This document shows, piece by piece, positions 20,179 to 28,626 of a stretch of 64,000 nucleotides of DNA; the stretch's first letter is position 1; every line of letters begins with the position of its first letter. The DNA is from an uncultured Chloroflexia bacterium (lineage in GTDB: Bacteria > Chloroflexota > Limnocylindria > Limnocylindrales > CSP1-4), in the NCBI GenBank assembly GCA_963833225.1, contig CAWHXD010000019.1:576001-640000 (forward strand), read 5' to 3'. A model generated the notes under the pieces. The model was not told where the DNA came from. It was given only the letters and a program-made list of their open reading frames with translations, and did not search any database. A program made the translations under genes and the position numbers.

Positions 20179-21066
20179 GTGAACACGCTGCCGACGCCCG
20201 ACGCCCTCGACCGCCCGCTTGTCGCCGACGGGGCGATGGGCACCATGCTGTTCGCCAATGGATTGCCCATCGGCGAGGCCCCCGAAGCCTGGCTGCTCAC
20301 CCCCGAGGGGGAGGCCGCGGTCGCCAACGTTCATCGTGGACACGTCGGTGGTGGCGCGGAGATCGTGCTGACATCCACGTTCGGCGCCAACTCGCTTCGC
20401 CTTGAGACCTCGGACGTGCCGGGTCGCTCCGTGGAGATCTGCCAAGCGGCGGTCGCCGCCGCTCGCGCCGGCGCGGGCCTGGACACGATCATCGCGGCCT
20501 CCATGGGGCCGACCGGCGGCCTGCTGATGCCGTACGGGCTGCTCGACGAGGGCGCGGTGCGGGCCACCTATGCCGAGCAGGCCGCGGCGTGCGCGGAGGC
20601 CGGCGTCGCCGTGCTCTGGATCGAGACCATGATGGATGTCAACGAAGCCGTTGCGGCCGTGGACGGGGCCCGCGAAGGGGCTCCCGGGCTGCCGGTCATC
20701 GCCACCATGACGTTCACGCCCCAGGGCCGGACGATGTTCGGCAACAAGCCCGAGGCGGTCGCGGCCGCGCTGGCGGAGCATGGCGTCGCGGGCGTCGGCG
20801 CCAACTGCGGGGAGGGGTTCGCACCCGTCGAGATGGTGATGGCGGCGATGCGCGATGCCGCGCCGGGCCTCCACCTGGTCGCCAAGGCCAACGCCGGGCT
20901 CCCCACCGTGGATGGCGACGGGGCCACCCACTACCCGGCGACGCCCGAGGAGGCGGCCGCATACGCAAGGGCGGTCGCTGACCTGGGCGCCACGATCATC
21001 GGCGGGTGCTGCGGGACCACGCCGGCCCACATCGCGGCGATCGCGAAGGCGGCTGGCGCCCGCTGA
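20179..21066 (+). CDS. Homocysteine S-methyltransferase family protein (stand-alone)
   Basis: DGAMGT, IETM, GANC and GGCCGT zinc ligands, NAGLP. Confidence 0.92.
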   Translation: MNTLPTPDALDRPLVADGAMGTMLFANGLPIGEAPEAWLLTPEGEAAVANVHRGHVGGGAEIVLTSTFGANSLRLETSDVPGRSVEICQAAVAAARAGAGLDTIIAASMGPTGGLLMPYGLLDEGAVRATYAEQAAACAEAGVAVLWIETMMDVNEAVAAVDGAREGAPGLPVIATMTFTPQGRTMFGNKPEAVAAALAEHGVAGVGANCGEGFAPVEMVMAAMRDAAPGLHLVAKANAGLPTVDGDGATHYPATPEEAAAYARAVADLGATIIGGCCGTTPAHIAAIAKAAGAR

Positions 21067-21234
21067 GTTCGGCAGCACGTGTAGGACCGTGCTGGCAGAC
21101 CGCGCCGTGACCAAGGACCACGGAAGCAGGCATTGGCCGGCCTTCGTTCCTGGACCGCCGGGCGGGGGTGGCGCAGCGCCGTCGGCTGGCGACGTGGAGC
21201 GAGGCAGCGCGAATCGGAGCATGGAGCGGGACCC

Positions 21235-21474
21235 ATGAGACTGATCACGATCGCGACCCTGCTCGTGCTGGTCGTGGCGGTCGTCCGCTGGGGCTACGCA
21301 CTTCGCGGGACCATTGGGAAGCCGCCCGAGTGGGAGCCGCCTCGCCTCCATGTCTGGCCGTTCAAGTTCAAGCGAGACGGGTACCGCCGCTACCTCGCCC
21401 TCTGGCTCGTGGCATTGCTGCTCATCATCGCTGCCATCCTCGTCGGTGCGTGGACGCCGTTCGACGTCCGATGA
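21235..21474 (+). CDS. Small hypothetical membrane protein (79 aa, two TM helices)
   Basis: GGAG RBS; two hydrophobic segments separated by a basic/Pro loop. Confidence 0.6.
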   Translation: MRLITIATLLVLVVAVVRWGYALRGTIGKPPEWEPPRLHVWPFKFKRDGYRRYLALWLVALLLIIAAILVGAWTPFDVR

Positions 21475-21736
21475 GTTCGCCAAGCTTGACTGGTAGGTCT
21501 GAGGTGGTTGCTCGGCAGGTCAGTGGGGGCCCGCGGTTCGATTGAGCAGCGATGACGCTCAGCCCACCGGTGCCCGTGCGCGGCCAGCCCGACCCCAATG
21601 TCGGCGACCGTTTCCTGGGCACTCTCCGTTCATCGTGTCGATCTGCGGCCGACGGCCCGATTTGACCGCCCATCCCTGCACCTCCTGCCGAACCCGAAGC
21701 CCGCTGAGGCGGTACTCGGCACCCGCTGACGGGCGC

Positions 21737-21850
21737 CAAGTCACTAGCGACTGTGGACCGCGACCACCGATCGGAGGTCCGCGCGGGGCCACGCTGAGGT
21801 GGGTGACCACCTCCTCGTGGCGATCGGGCTGGCCAGTCGCTGGTGACTTG
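21737..21850. repeat. 114-bp palindromic element, copy 1 (left of HTH-nuclease gene)
   Basis: Ends CAAGTCACTAGCGACTG ... CAGTCGCTGGTGACTTG (16/17 inverted match); reverse complement aligns ungapped to 22863-22976 at 87/114 by hand count. Confidence 0.85.
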
Positions 21851-21944
21851 TCGAGGGTTGGTGAGCGCCACCTCGGCTGCGCAACCCCGCAAGCCAGCGG
21901 CCCACCAAAGCCCGTGATAAGCGGGGCGGGCTATACCCCCGCGC

Positions 21945-22769
21945 ATGTCCGACCTCGTCGTGCCCCTCGGCAGCCATTCGCTCGCGATCCGCCTCGGTGA
22001 GCTCGTCCGGGACGCGCGGCGGCTCGCCGGCTGGACGCAATCAGAGCTGGCACGCCGGGCTGCCACGACCCAGTCGGCCATCAGCCGGCTCGAGCGCGGT
22101 GTCGCGCAGCCGCTCGACGTGCTCCTCGTCGATCGGGTGCTGGCAGCGCTTGGGTTCCGCGCCAGCCTCGACATCGAAGGTCGTCACCTTGCAGACCGGC
22201 GCCGGCAGCGCGAGCCCGTGCACGCGAGGATGAACGGATTCCTCGCGGCCAACTTGGAGCGGCGCGGGTTTCGGACCGCCCTCGAGGTCCCGGTCGGCGA
22301 CCCGTCACCACGCGGCTGGATCGACCTGCTCGCCTTCCGACCGGTCGACCGGGCGCTGCTCATGGACGAGACGAAGGGCGACCTCCCCGATGTCGGCGCG
22401 TTCCAGCGCAGCCTCGCCTTCTACGAGCGCAACGCCCGCGAGGCTGCGAATCGGCTGGGCTGGAGCGCGACACGGCTCGTGGTCCTGGGCACGATGCTGG
22501 ACAGCGCGACGATCGCCACGCGCCTGGCGGAGAACCGCGAGCTGCTCGGGAGGGCGTTTCCCTCGCCGGTGGACCGCCTGCTCGCGTGGATCGACGACCC
22601 ACAGGCCCCGGCCCCCTTTGCCTGGACGCTGGCGACATGCGATCCGGCGAGTCGTTCGGCGGCATGGCTGCGGCCACCCATGGTGGGGACGCGCCGGCGA
22701 CCCATCGCCTACGCCGACTATGCCGAAGCCGCCGCCCGCCTGCACCGGGCGGGTCGCCGTCGACGCTGA
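21945..22769 (+). CDS. XRE-family HTH protein fused to putative PD-(D/E)xK nuclease domain
   Basis: RDARRLAGWTQSELARRAATTQSAISRLERG HTH; ALEV...GWIDLLA...LLMDETK nuclease-like motif; TATACC 7 nt upstream. Confidence 0.8.
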   Translation: MSDLVVPLGSHSLAIRLGELVRDARRLAGWTQSELARRAATTQSAISRLERGVAQPLDVLLVDRVLAALGFRASLDIEGRHLADRRRQREPVHARMNGFLAANLERRGFRTALEVPVGDPSPRGWIDLLAFRPVDRALLMDETKGDLPDVGAFQRSLAFYERNAREAANRLGWSATRLVVLGTMLDSATIATRLAENRELLGRAFPSPVDRLLAWIDDPQAPAPFAWTLATCDPASRSAAWLRPPMVGTRRRPIAYADYAEAAARLHRAGRRRR

Positions 22770-22862
22770 GCACGTGGGACGCTGTGCCGATGGGCCCCCC
22801 TCGACACGGAACACGCAGGACGGTCTCTGCCGACAGGTCCCCCTCGATGCGGAGCACTGCCG

Positions 22863-22976
22863 CAAGTCATCAGTGACTGGCCAGCCCGACCACCACGAGG
22901 AGGTCGCCGCTGACCCAAGCGTGGTTGCGCGCGGAGCTCCGTTCAGTGGTCGTCGACGGCAGCCTGAGGTGACTTG
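22863..22976. repeat. 114-bp palindromic element, copy 2 (inverted relative to copy 1)
   Basis: Ends CAAGTCA ... TGACTTG; same length as copy 1, ~76% identical to its reverse complement. Confidence 0.85.
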
Positions 22977-22988
22977 ACGCGGCCTGAT

Positions 22989-23097
22989 CGCCACATGGCC
23001 CCGGAGCGCCACATGGCCCCGGGGCGCCACATGGCCCCGGGTCGACCTGGCCCCGGGTCACCACCTGACGCGGCCTGCTCGCCACCTGGCCCCGGGT
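22989..23097. repeat. 18-bp tandem repeat CGCCACATGGCCCCGG(AG/GG) x3 plus degenerate units
   Basis: Units start at 22989, 23007, 23025; further (C/G)ACCTGGCCCCGGGT copies to ~23097. Confidence 0.85.
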
Positions 23098-23109
23098 GGC
23101 AACCGGGGG

Positions 23110-24009
23110 CTACCCCCGCGGTCGTGACCTCGCCGCGATCCGCCCGAGCGCGCCCTCCCAGCCGGCGTCGAACGGCTTGCCGGGCTCGTCGAGGTCGATG
23201 ACCACGGGCGCGTGGTCGGACGGGGTGGGCGGACCCTTGCGCGCCTCGCGGTCGATCTCCGCCCACACAACCCGCGACGCCACCGGCGCCGTCGCATACA
23301 GCAGGTCGATGCGCATGCCCTCGTTCTTGTGGAACATTCCGGCCCGGTAGTCCCACCACGAGAAGCGTCCGCCATCCGGCTGGAACGCGCGGTAGGTGTC
23401 CACGAGGCCCCAGGACCGCAGCCGCGCGAGGGCCTCGCGCTCGGGCTCGGAGACGTGGGTGCCGCCGTGGGCCTTCGCCGGGCTCCAGACATCCAGGTCG
23501 GATGGCGTCACGTTGTAGTCGCCCCCGAGCACGAGCGGCGCGGTCGGCGACTGCGTCTCGGCCAGCCAGCGCGAGAGCCGCTCGAACCAGCGCAGCTTGC
23601 CCTCGTAGAACGGCGAGCCCACCACGCGTCCGTTGGGGGCGTACAGCGACGCGACCCGGACCCCGCCGCACACCGCCGACACCATGCGCGCCTCGTCGAA
23701 CGGGTCGAAGTCGTCCTCGCTCACCGCCACGGACGCCCCAGCGGAGGAATCCCGCACCGCCCCGTCGCCGAAGTTGGTGACCACGTCCTCGACCCTCACC
23801 CGGCTCAGGATCGCCACGCCGTTCCAGCGTCCTTCACCGTGGTGGGCCATCTCGTAGCCCAGCATCCGCATCGGCATCTCTGGCGCGTCGGCGTCGGACA
23901 GCTTCGTCTCCTGGATCAGCAGCACGTCCGGCTCGGCGCGCGCGAGCCACTTCTCGACGGCCTCCTGGCGGGCTTTGAGCGAGTTGACGTTCCAGGTCGC
24001 GATGCGCAT
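23110..24009 (-). CDS. xth: Exodeoxyribonuclease III
   Basis: MRIATWNVNS, LIQETK, NGVAILS, LYAPNG, GGDYN, FSWWDYR, RIDL, PSDHAPV. Confidence 0.96.
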   Translation of the reverse strand: MRIATWNVNSLKARQEAVEKWLARAEPDVLLIQETKLSDADAPEMPMRMLGYEMAHHGEGRWNGVAILSRVRVEDVVTNFGDGAVRDSSAGASVAVSEDDFDPFDEARMVSAVCGGVRVASLYAPNGRVVGSPFYEGKLRWFERLSRWLAETQSPTAPLVLGGDYNVTPSDLDVWSPAKAHGGTHVSEPEREALARLRSWGLVDTYRAFQPDGGRFSWWDYRAGMFHKNEGMRIDLLYATAPVASRVVWAEIDREARKGPPTPSDHAPVVIDLDEPGKPFDAGWEGALGRIAARSRPRG

Positions 24010-24049
24010 GAGACCCCTGACTGCGAGGCCCTGATCCTACCCGGCGACC

Positions 24050-24767
24050 CTACCGCTTGGGCGCCTTCACGACGATCGGCTCGTCGACCCTGCTGAACTC
24101 GTAGGTTGCCGTGAACGTCTCGCTGCTGGTCGCGAGCGTAGGGCCGGAGCCGGACAGCTCCATGCGCAGCGGCGTGCCGTCGGCCGCGATCACGAGCGTG
24201 AGCGACTCGATCCGGCCGACCTTCCCCTCCGCCCGCATCGTGAGCGACTGGTACGTGAACGGGCGGCCGCAGGCGAAGGCCAGCCCCTCGGGTGCGTCGG
24301 CGGCCGGCCCGGTGTACTCGAGGTCGTCCAGCCAGCACAGGAACAACCACGGGTTGGTCACCTCATCGAGCAGCCGCTCGTCCGCCGTGCCCGCCCGCCA
24401 CTTGCCGTTGCCGATCTTGACGAACGTCACCGCACCGACATGGCGCAGCTCGAACGGCTTGGTCCCAGGGCTCGTCACCTTCGCCGCGAAGCCGCTGCCG
24501 GCGACATCGAGGGTGATGGTCGCCTTGATGCCGCCGCCCGTGGTCGAGATCACCTCAACGACGTGGAAGGTGAGGTCCGTCGCGGGCGATGAGCGGTCCG
24601 AATGCCCGGAGGGCAAGGTCGGCCTCTGCGGCACCCGGCAGCGGACTGGCCGGCGGCTCCGGCGGCGGGTCCGTGTACGTCGCCGGCTGTGGGTTGCCGC
24701 CTGCGCCGCATCCGGCGAGCAGGAGCGCCGCAGCGAGGATGGGCGCGGCAGCGCGGGACCAGGCCAT
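24050..24767 (-). CDS. Hypothetical lipoprotein (LppX/LprAFG-like), +1 frameshift near 24582
   Basis: MAWSRAAAPILAAALLLAGC lipobox in one frame, beta-rich body ending EFSRVDEPIVVKAP in the next; length 3n+1. Confidence 0.65.
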
Positions 24768-24820
24768 CCGGGCCGGCAGTCGTGCGCCTGACTCCCAGGT
24801 CCGCGTGTCGGTGTGGAGGC

Positions 24821-24929
24821 GCTTGGCCTCCTGGATCCGCAGCACGTCCGGCTCGGTGCGGGCCAGCCACCCCTCGACGGCCTCCTGGCGGGCTTTGAGC
24901 GAGTTGACGTTCCAGGTCGCGATGCGCAT
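24821..24929 (-). pseudogene. xth: xth 5' fragment (about 36 codons)
   Basis: MRIATWNVNSLKARQEAVEGWLARTEPDVLRIQEAK, then similarity stops. Confidence 0.85.
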
Positions 24930-24934
24930 GCCGC

Positions 24935-26308
24935 TCAGTGCCCGCCACGCCGGAGCAAACGGCGCGCCCACCGCATCGGTTGGCTGGCGGGGTCAGACGT
25001 CGTCCGGCGGGCGCCGTGGCCTCCGTAGGTACCGAGCGCGGCGACCAGCTCCACCTGTGCCGCCTGGACTGCGGGGTCGGCCAAGATCGGGTGCAGGTCC
25101 CAGGCTCGCAGGCGGGCCTCGTCTTCCGGGCTCATGCGTTGCAGCCATGTGTCGAGACGCAGACGGACGTCGTCGCGGCAGCCGGCGGGCAGCAGGTCGG
25201 CGGACGGGCCGTACCAGCGCGTCAGCCAGTCGAGGTCGGCCGCCGCGGCTTCGGTGCGCGTTGCCAGGCGCCGGAGCACCGGGTGGTCGCCCGTGTATCG
25301 CGCCATCGTCCAGGCGATCACGTTCTCGTGCTTGATGGGGTAGGCCTCGAGCCGGTGCCGGACGCGCGCATCGCTGAGCATCGTGTCGACGACAGCACCG
25401 TCCGGCCAGATCCCCGTCTGAGCGGCGTCGAGCAGCAGCTTCCGAAAGCACTTCCAGCATCGGCCGCATGGCTCGCCGACCCGGCCCCTGATGCACGACT
25501 GCGAGATGGCGGCATACGGCGACCGTCGCACGATGTCCGCCGTTCCCACCTCGCTGACCCCGGCGACCGCCTGGCACATCGGGACCCCGACCGCGGCGAA
25601 CAGTGATCCCCACGACTTGCCCTTGTTGCCCCAGTCCGCGTAGACCTCGTGCCCGACGTCGTAGGCCGACTCGGCGATGAGCCCCCATGCCGCCCCGTTG
25701 AGGTGTTCGATGTCCGCGAGCAGCAGGAGCCCTGCCCCGTTCACCCAGTCGGTGGTGAACCCCACCGGCAGCCGGACATGCTCGACGTCCGATTCCACGA
25801 CGGTGACACGCCGGCCCTGTCGCTCGAGCTCGCGACAGGCATGGAGGGCCGCCTCATCCGAGTACCGCGAGCGATGGACCGCATCCGGCGCGTCGATCCG
25901 GCGCATGAATGATAGGAACGTTGTCTCTGGGAGGACCGCCAGGGCCGCTGTCGAGTCGGCTCCGGCACTGAATGCAAGGCCGACCACACCGTCGACCGGT
26001 GTCGGCCGGGCGGTGAGCGCAGGGTCGACAGGGCCGACGGTGACCCCGAGGACGTTTGCCACGCAGCCGGCAAACGCTTGACTCACACCGCGAGTGACCC
26101 TGAGCCCACTCGAGAACGGGGAGGCAACGAGGATCGCGACCAGCGCCTCCACGTCGGGATGAACATCGGCCGGCCGGATGCGGTCAGGGAGGCGGAACCG
26201 GGCCTGGTGCCGGGCGAGCCGGACCCCGCCAGCCGCGTCGCGATCCCCTGGTTCCGGACGGAGCGCCAGCGTGACCGTGCTCTCGGTGTAGGTCGTGGCG
26301 ACGTGCAC
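24935..26308 (-). CDS. DUF6395-like protein with PP-loop-like motif
   Basis: VHPDVEAL, LAFSAGADSTAAL, GVSEVGT, QSCIRG..PCGRCWKCFRK; family recalled from motif pattern, not searched. Confidence 0.7.
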   Translation of the reverse strand: MHVATTYTESTVTLALRPEPGDRDAAGGVRLARHQARFRLPDRIRPADVHPDVEALVAILVASPFSSGLRVTRGVSQAFAGCVANVLGVTVGPVDPALTARPTPVDGVVGLAFSAGADSTAALAVLPETTFLSFMRRIDAPDAVHRSRYSDEAALHACRELERQGRRVTVVESDVEHVRLPVGFTTDWVNGAGLLLLADIEHLNGAAWGLIAESAYDVGHEVYADWGNKGKSWGSLFAAVGVPMCQAVAGVSEVGTADIVRRSPYAAISQSCIRGRVGEPCGRCWKCFRKLLLDAAQTGIWPDGAVVDTMLSDARVRHRLEAYPIKHENVIAWTMARYTGDHPVLRRLATRTEAAAADLDWLTRWYGPSADLLPAGCRDDVRLRLDTWLQRMSPEDEARLRAWDLHPILADPAVQAAQVELVAALGTYGGHGARRTTSDPASQPMRWARRLLRRGGH

Positions 26309-26315
26309 GGATGGC

Positions 26316-27020
26316 TCAGTAGCGCCGGCCGCGTTGCTTGGCGAGGTCGAAGGTCGCCGTGTCGGCCACCGCCATGACCGCCATCGTGCCAGCCTGGACC
26401 GGGTCGCTGACGACGAGGTCCACGTGACCGGGGAGCGATCCGGCCATGTTGAGCGCGATGATCGGGATGCCGACAGCGCGCAGCTCGTCCGCGGCCTGGC
26501 TGATATCGCCGCCCATGATCGAGCCGGCAAGAACCAGCATCCGGGCTCGCTGCAGGTCGGCAACGGCGCGGACGGCGAAGGCGATGTTGTCCTCGCCAAC
26601 GAGCGGGATGGTGTCCACGGAGATCCGCTCGCCACGCAGGTTATGGCGATCGGCCTCGGTGACGGCGCCGAGCGCGACCTGGGCGACCTGCGCGCCCCCG
26701 CCCACGACGATGACGCGCTTGCCGAACACCTTGCCCAGGGGGCGGGTGAGCTTGAGCGCGATCACCTCGCGCAGCGGCTCGAGCGCGCCCACGATCGCGT
26801 GCTCGTCGACGCTCTCGACCTCCAGCTCCACCTCGACCGTGTCATGCGATTCGGGGGCGACCCCGGCAACGCCACCTCGGCGGACCGTGGCCAGGGTGCG
26901 GATCCGGCCGCCGACGGCACCGACCGCCGTCGCGATCGCGCCCAGCGCGCGTGGGTCGTCGACAACCTCGAGGCGGGCGGCGATGGCCGGCGGCAGGGGC
27001 TGGGGGTGCGAGCGCGCCAT
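26316..27020 (-). CDS. ACT domain + DUF5612-like protein
   Basis: KVFGKRVIVVGGGAQVAQVALGAVTEADRHNLRGERISVDTIPLVGE...LAGSIMGG...SDPVQAGTMAVM. Confidence 0.85.
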   Translation of the reverse strand: MARSHPQPLPPAIAARLEVVDDPRALGAIATAVGAVGGRIRTLATVRRGGVAGVAPESHDTVEVELEVESVDEHAIVGALEPLREVIALKLTRPLGKVFGKRVIVVGGGAQVAQVALGAVTEADRHNLRGERISVDTIPLVGEDNIAFAVRAVADLQRARMLVLAGSIMGGDISQAADELRAVGIPIIALNMAGSLPGHVDLVVSDPVQAGTMAVMAVADTATFDLAKQRGRRY

Positions 27021-27023
27021 GGG

Positions 27024-27296
27024 CTAGGAGGTGCGCCCGGCGACGATGTCGGAGATCGAGAGCCCCGTAGGCTCCGAGCTGGTGGTTGGATCGTGCTCGT
27101 CGAACGCGATGCCCAGGGCGGTGAACGCCTCGCGGGTTAGTGCGGCGTCGCTCGTGGTCAGCATCAGGGCTCCGTCCGTGTCCTCGGCCACACCCACGAT
27201 GCCCGTGATGTTGACGGCCCGATCAGCCAGGGCCTGGGCAACCGCGGCAAGCGCCCCGGGCCGGTCGTCGAGCTGCACGGTGAACCAGATCGTCAC
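27024..27296 (-). CDS. Small ACT domain protein
   Basis: VQLDDRPGALAAVAQALADRAVNI; AGGAGG RBS. Confidence 0.85.
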   Translation of the reverse strand: MTIWFTVQLDDRPGALAAVAQALADRAVNITGIVGVAEDTDGALMLTTSDAALTREAFTALGIAFDEHDPTTSSEPTGLSISDIVAGRTS

Positions 27297-27496
27297 GTGG
27301 AACCTCCTGGCCGCCCATGGTACGCGGGAGGCGCTCCATCCTGCGGTCCGCAGACGCCATCTGGTGGTTCGATGACGGCGACGCAACTCGTTGTCGCTTG
27401 CGCCGACACACGCTGTGTCGATGAGCGCAAGGTCGGCGTTCCCTGGAGGCCGGAGCGGTCGTTCGCAATGTCTCCCTCTCGGACCTCGATCTGATC

Positions 27497-28170
27497 GTGG
27501 GGCTGTTCCTACGAGGGCCTTGGGCGGGTGGAGGTCGTCGGTCAACGAGCCACCCCGCGTTCGTCCTCGGGTCAGGCAAGACGCAGACGCTCGACTTTCC
27601 AGCGCCGCGTTGGAAGTGTCGCGACGTTGGCGATGGCAGCTACCGCGTCGTCGCGCGCGCCGCCATCGGGGGAGGGCTGTGGTCGACCTGGTTCGGCGTC
27701 GGTGTCCGGGGGGCGAACCTCGTCAAGAGCATGTGGGGCCTCGACCGCTGGGTTGATGATCTCGACTACAAGTACGCCGTCGTGGCTCAGGTCCCGGTGA
27801 CGTGCGTGCCGCCGGAGTACGAGGCCAGCACCCGGAGTGCAGGCTCTCGGTCTCGGGCCGGGTGACCGACATCACGGCGCCGTTCACCTTGAAGGGCACC
27901 TTCCAGGGCGGGACCGCGACCCTCTCCTTCCAGCCGACCCACTCGGATACGAGTCTTGCTGTGGAGGGAAGACAGACTCCCTTCGTGGTCGGTGCCTACA
28001 CCTATGCCGGCGGCGGCAGCGGCGTCAAGGTCAGCGGCAGCGGCACCTTCTGGATCACCGGCGTTATCGGCCAGCCGCTCAGCCTCAAGTACACCGGCAA
28101 TGGCTGCGCGAACCCGGGAAAATGCATGAAGACGGACGCGGAGATCACCCTGACGCCCGTGAAGCAGTGA
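27497..28170 (+). CDS. Hypothetical protein, probably frameshifted or fragmented (ORFs 27497-27865 and 27802-28170)
   Basis: Non-shadow amino acid composition in both frames; frame switch near 27845; start uncertain. Confidence 0.45.
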
Positions 28171-28212
28171 CCGCCGCCTGAGCCTCTGGCGGTCGCGCTA
28201 CCCTGCGTCTCG

Positions 28213-28605
28213 ATGCCTGCGCCGCTCGGCAAGACGCCCACCAAGAAGATGCCCAACATCCAAGTGTTCGGGATGGAGGACAACAACGCCACGCGCGGCG
28301 CGCTCCGGTTCTTCCGCGAGCGGCGCATCGTCGTCCACTTCGTGGACCTGCGCACGAAGCCGATCGCGCCCGGTGAGCTGCGACGGTTCACGGACCGGCT
28401 GGGTGCGGCGGCGCTGCTGGACACGGAGAGCCGCCCGTACCGGGAGCAGGGCCTCGCCTATCTCTCGACGGACGCCACGGGTATCAACGCGCGACTGCTG
28501 GCCGATCCCCGGCTCATCCGGCTCCCGCTCGTGCGCTATGGCGACGAGGTCACGGCCGGCAAGGACGAGGCCGCCTGGAAGGCCTGGCTCGCGAAGCCGC
28601 GGTAG
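28213..28605 (+). CDS. ArsC/Spx/YffB-like protein
   Basis: IQVFG...ALRFFRERRI..HFVDL..KPIAPGEL...PRLIRLPLV; TACCCT 8 nt upstream. Confidence 0.8.
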   Translation: MPAPLGKTPTKKMPNIQVFGMEDNNATRGALRFFRERRIVVHFVDLRTKPIAPGELRRFTDRLGAAALLDTESRPYREQGLAYLSTDATGINARLLADPRLIRLPLVRYGDEVTAGKDEAAWKAWLAKPR

Positions 28606-28626
28606 CGACAGGCGGGATCGCCCGCC

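Larger units (their letters stand above)
23901..24930. repeat. 110-bp direct repeat of the xth 5' end (23901-24010 and 24821-24930)
   Basis: Copies 920 bp apart, 102/110 identical by hand count. Confidence 0.92.

Noticed and set aside
18631-21483. 950-aa minus-strand ORF and similar long ORFs (47559-49955, 55088-57436, 9766-11955)
   Set aside because: Antisense shadows of well-supported genes, expected in very GC-rich DNA; Arg/Gly/Pro-rich with no motifs
21560-21680. Third copy of the 114-bp element (shares GGCCAGCCCGACC and CTCCGTTCA)
   Set aside because: Spacing between shared words differs (42 versus 58 bp) and the CAAGTCA/TGACTTG ends are missing; at most a degenerate relic
22989-23097. 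Possible CRISPR array
   Set aside because: Head-to-tail 18-bp tandem units with no spacers
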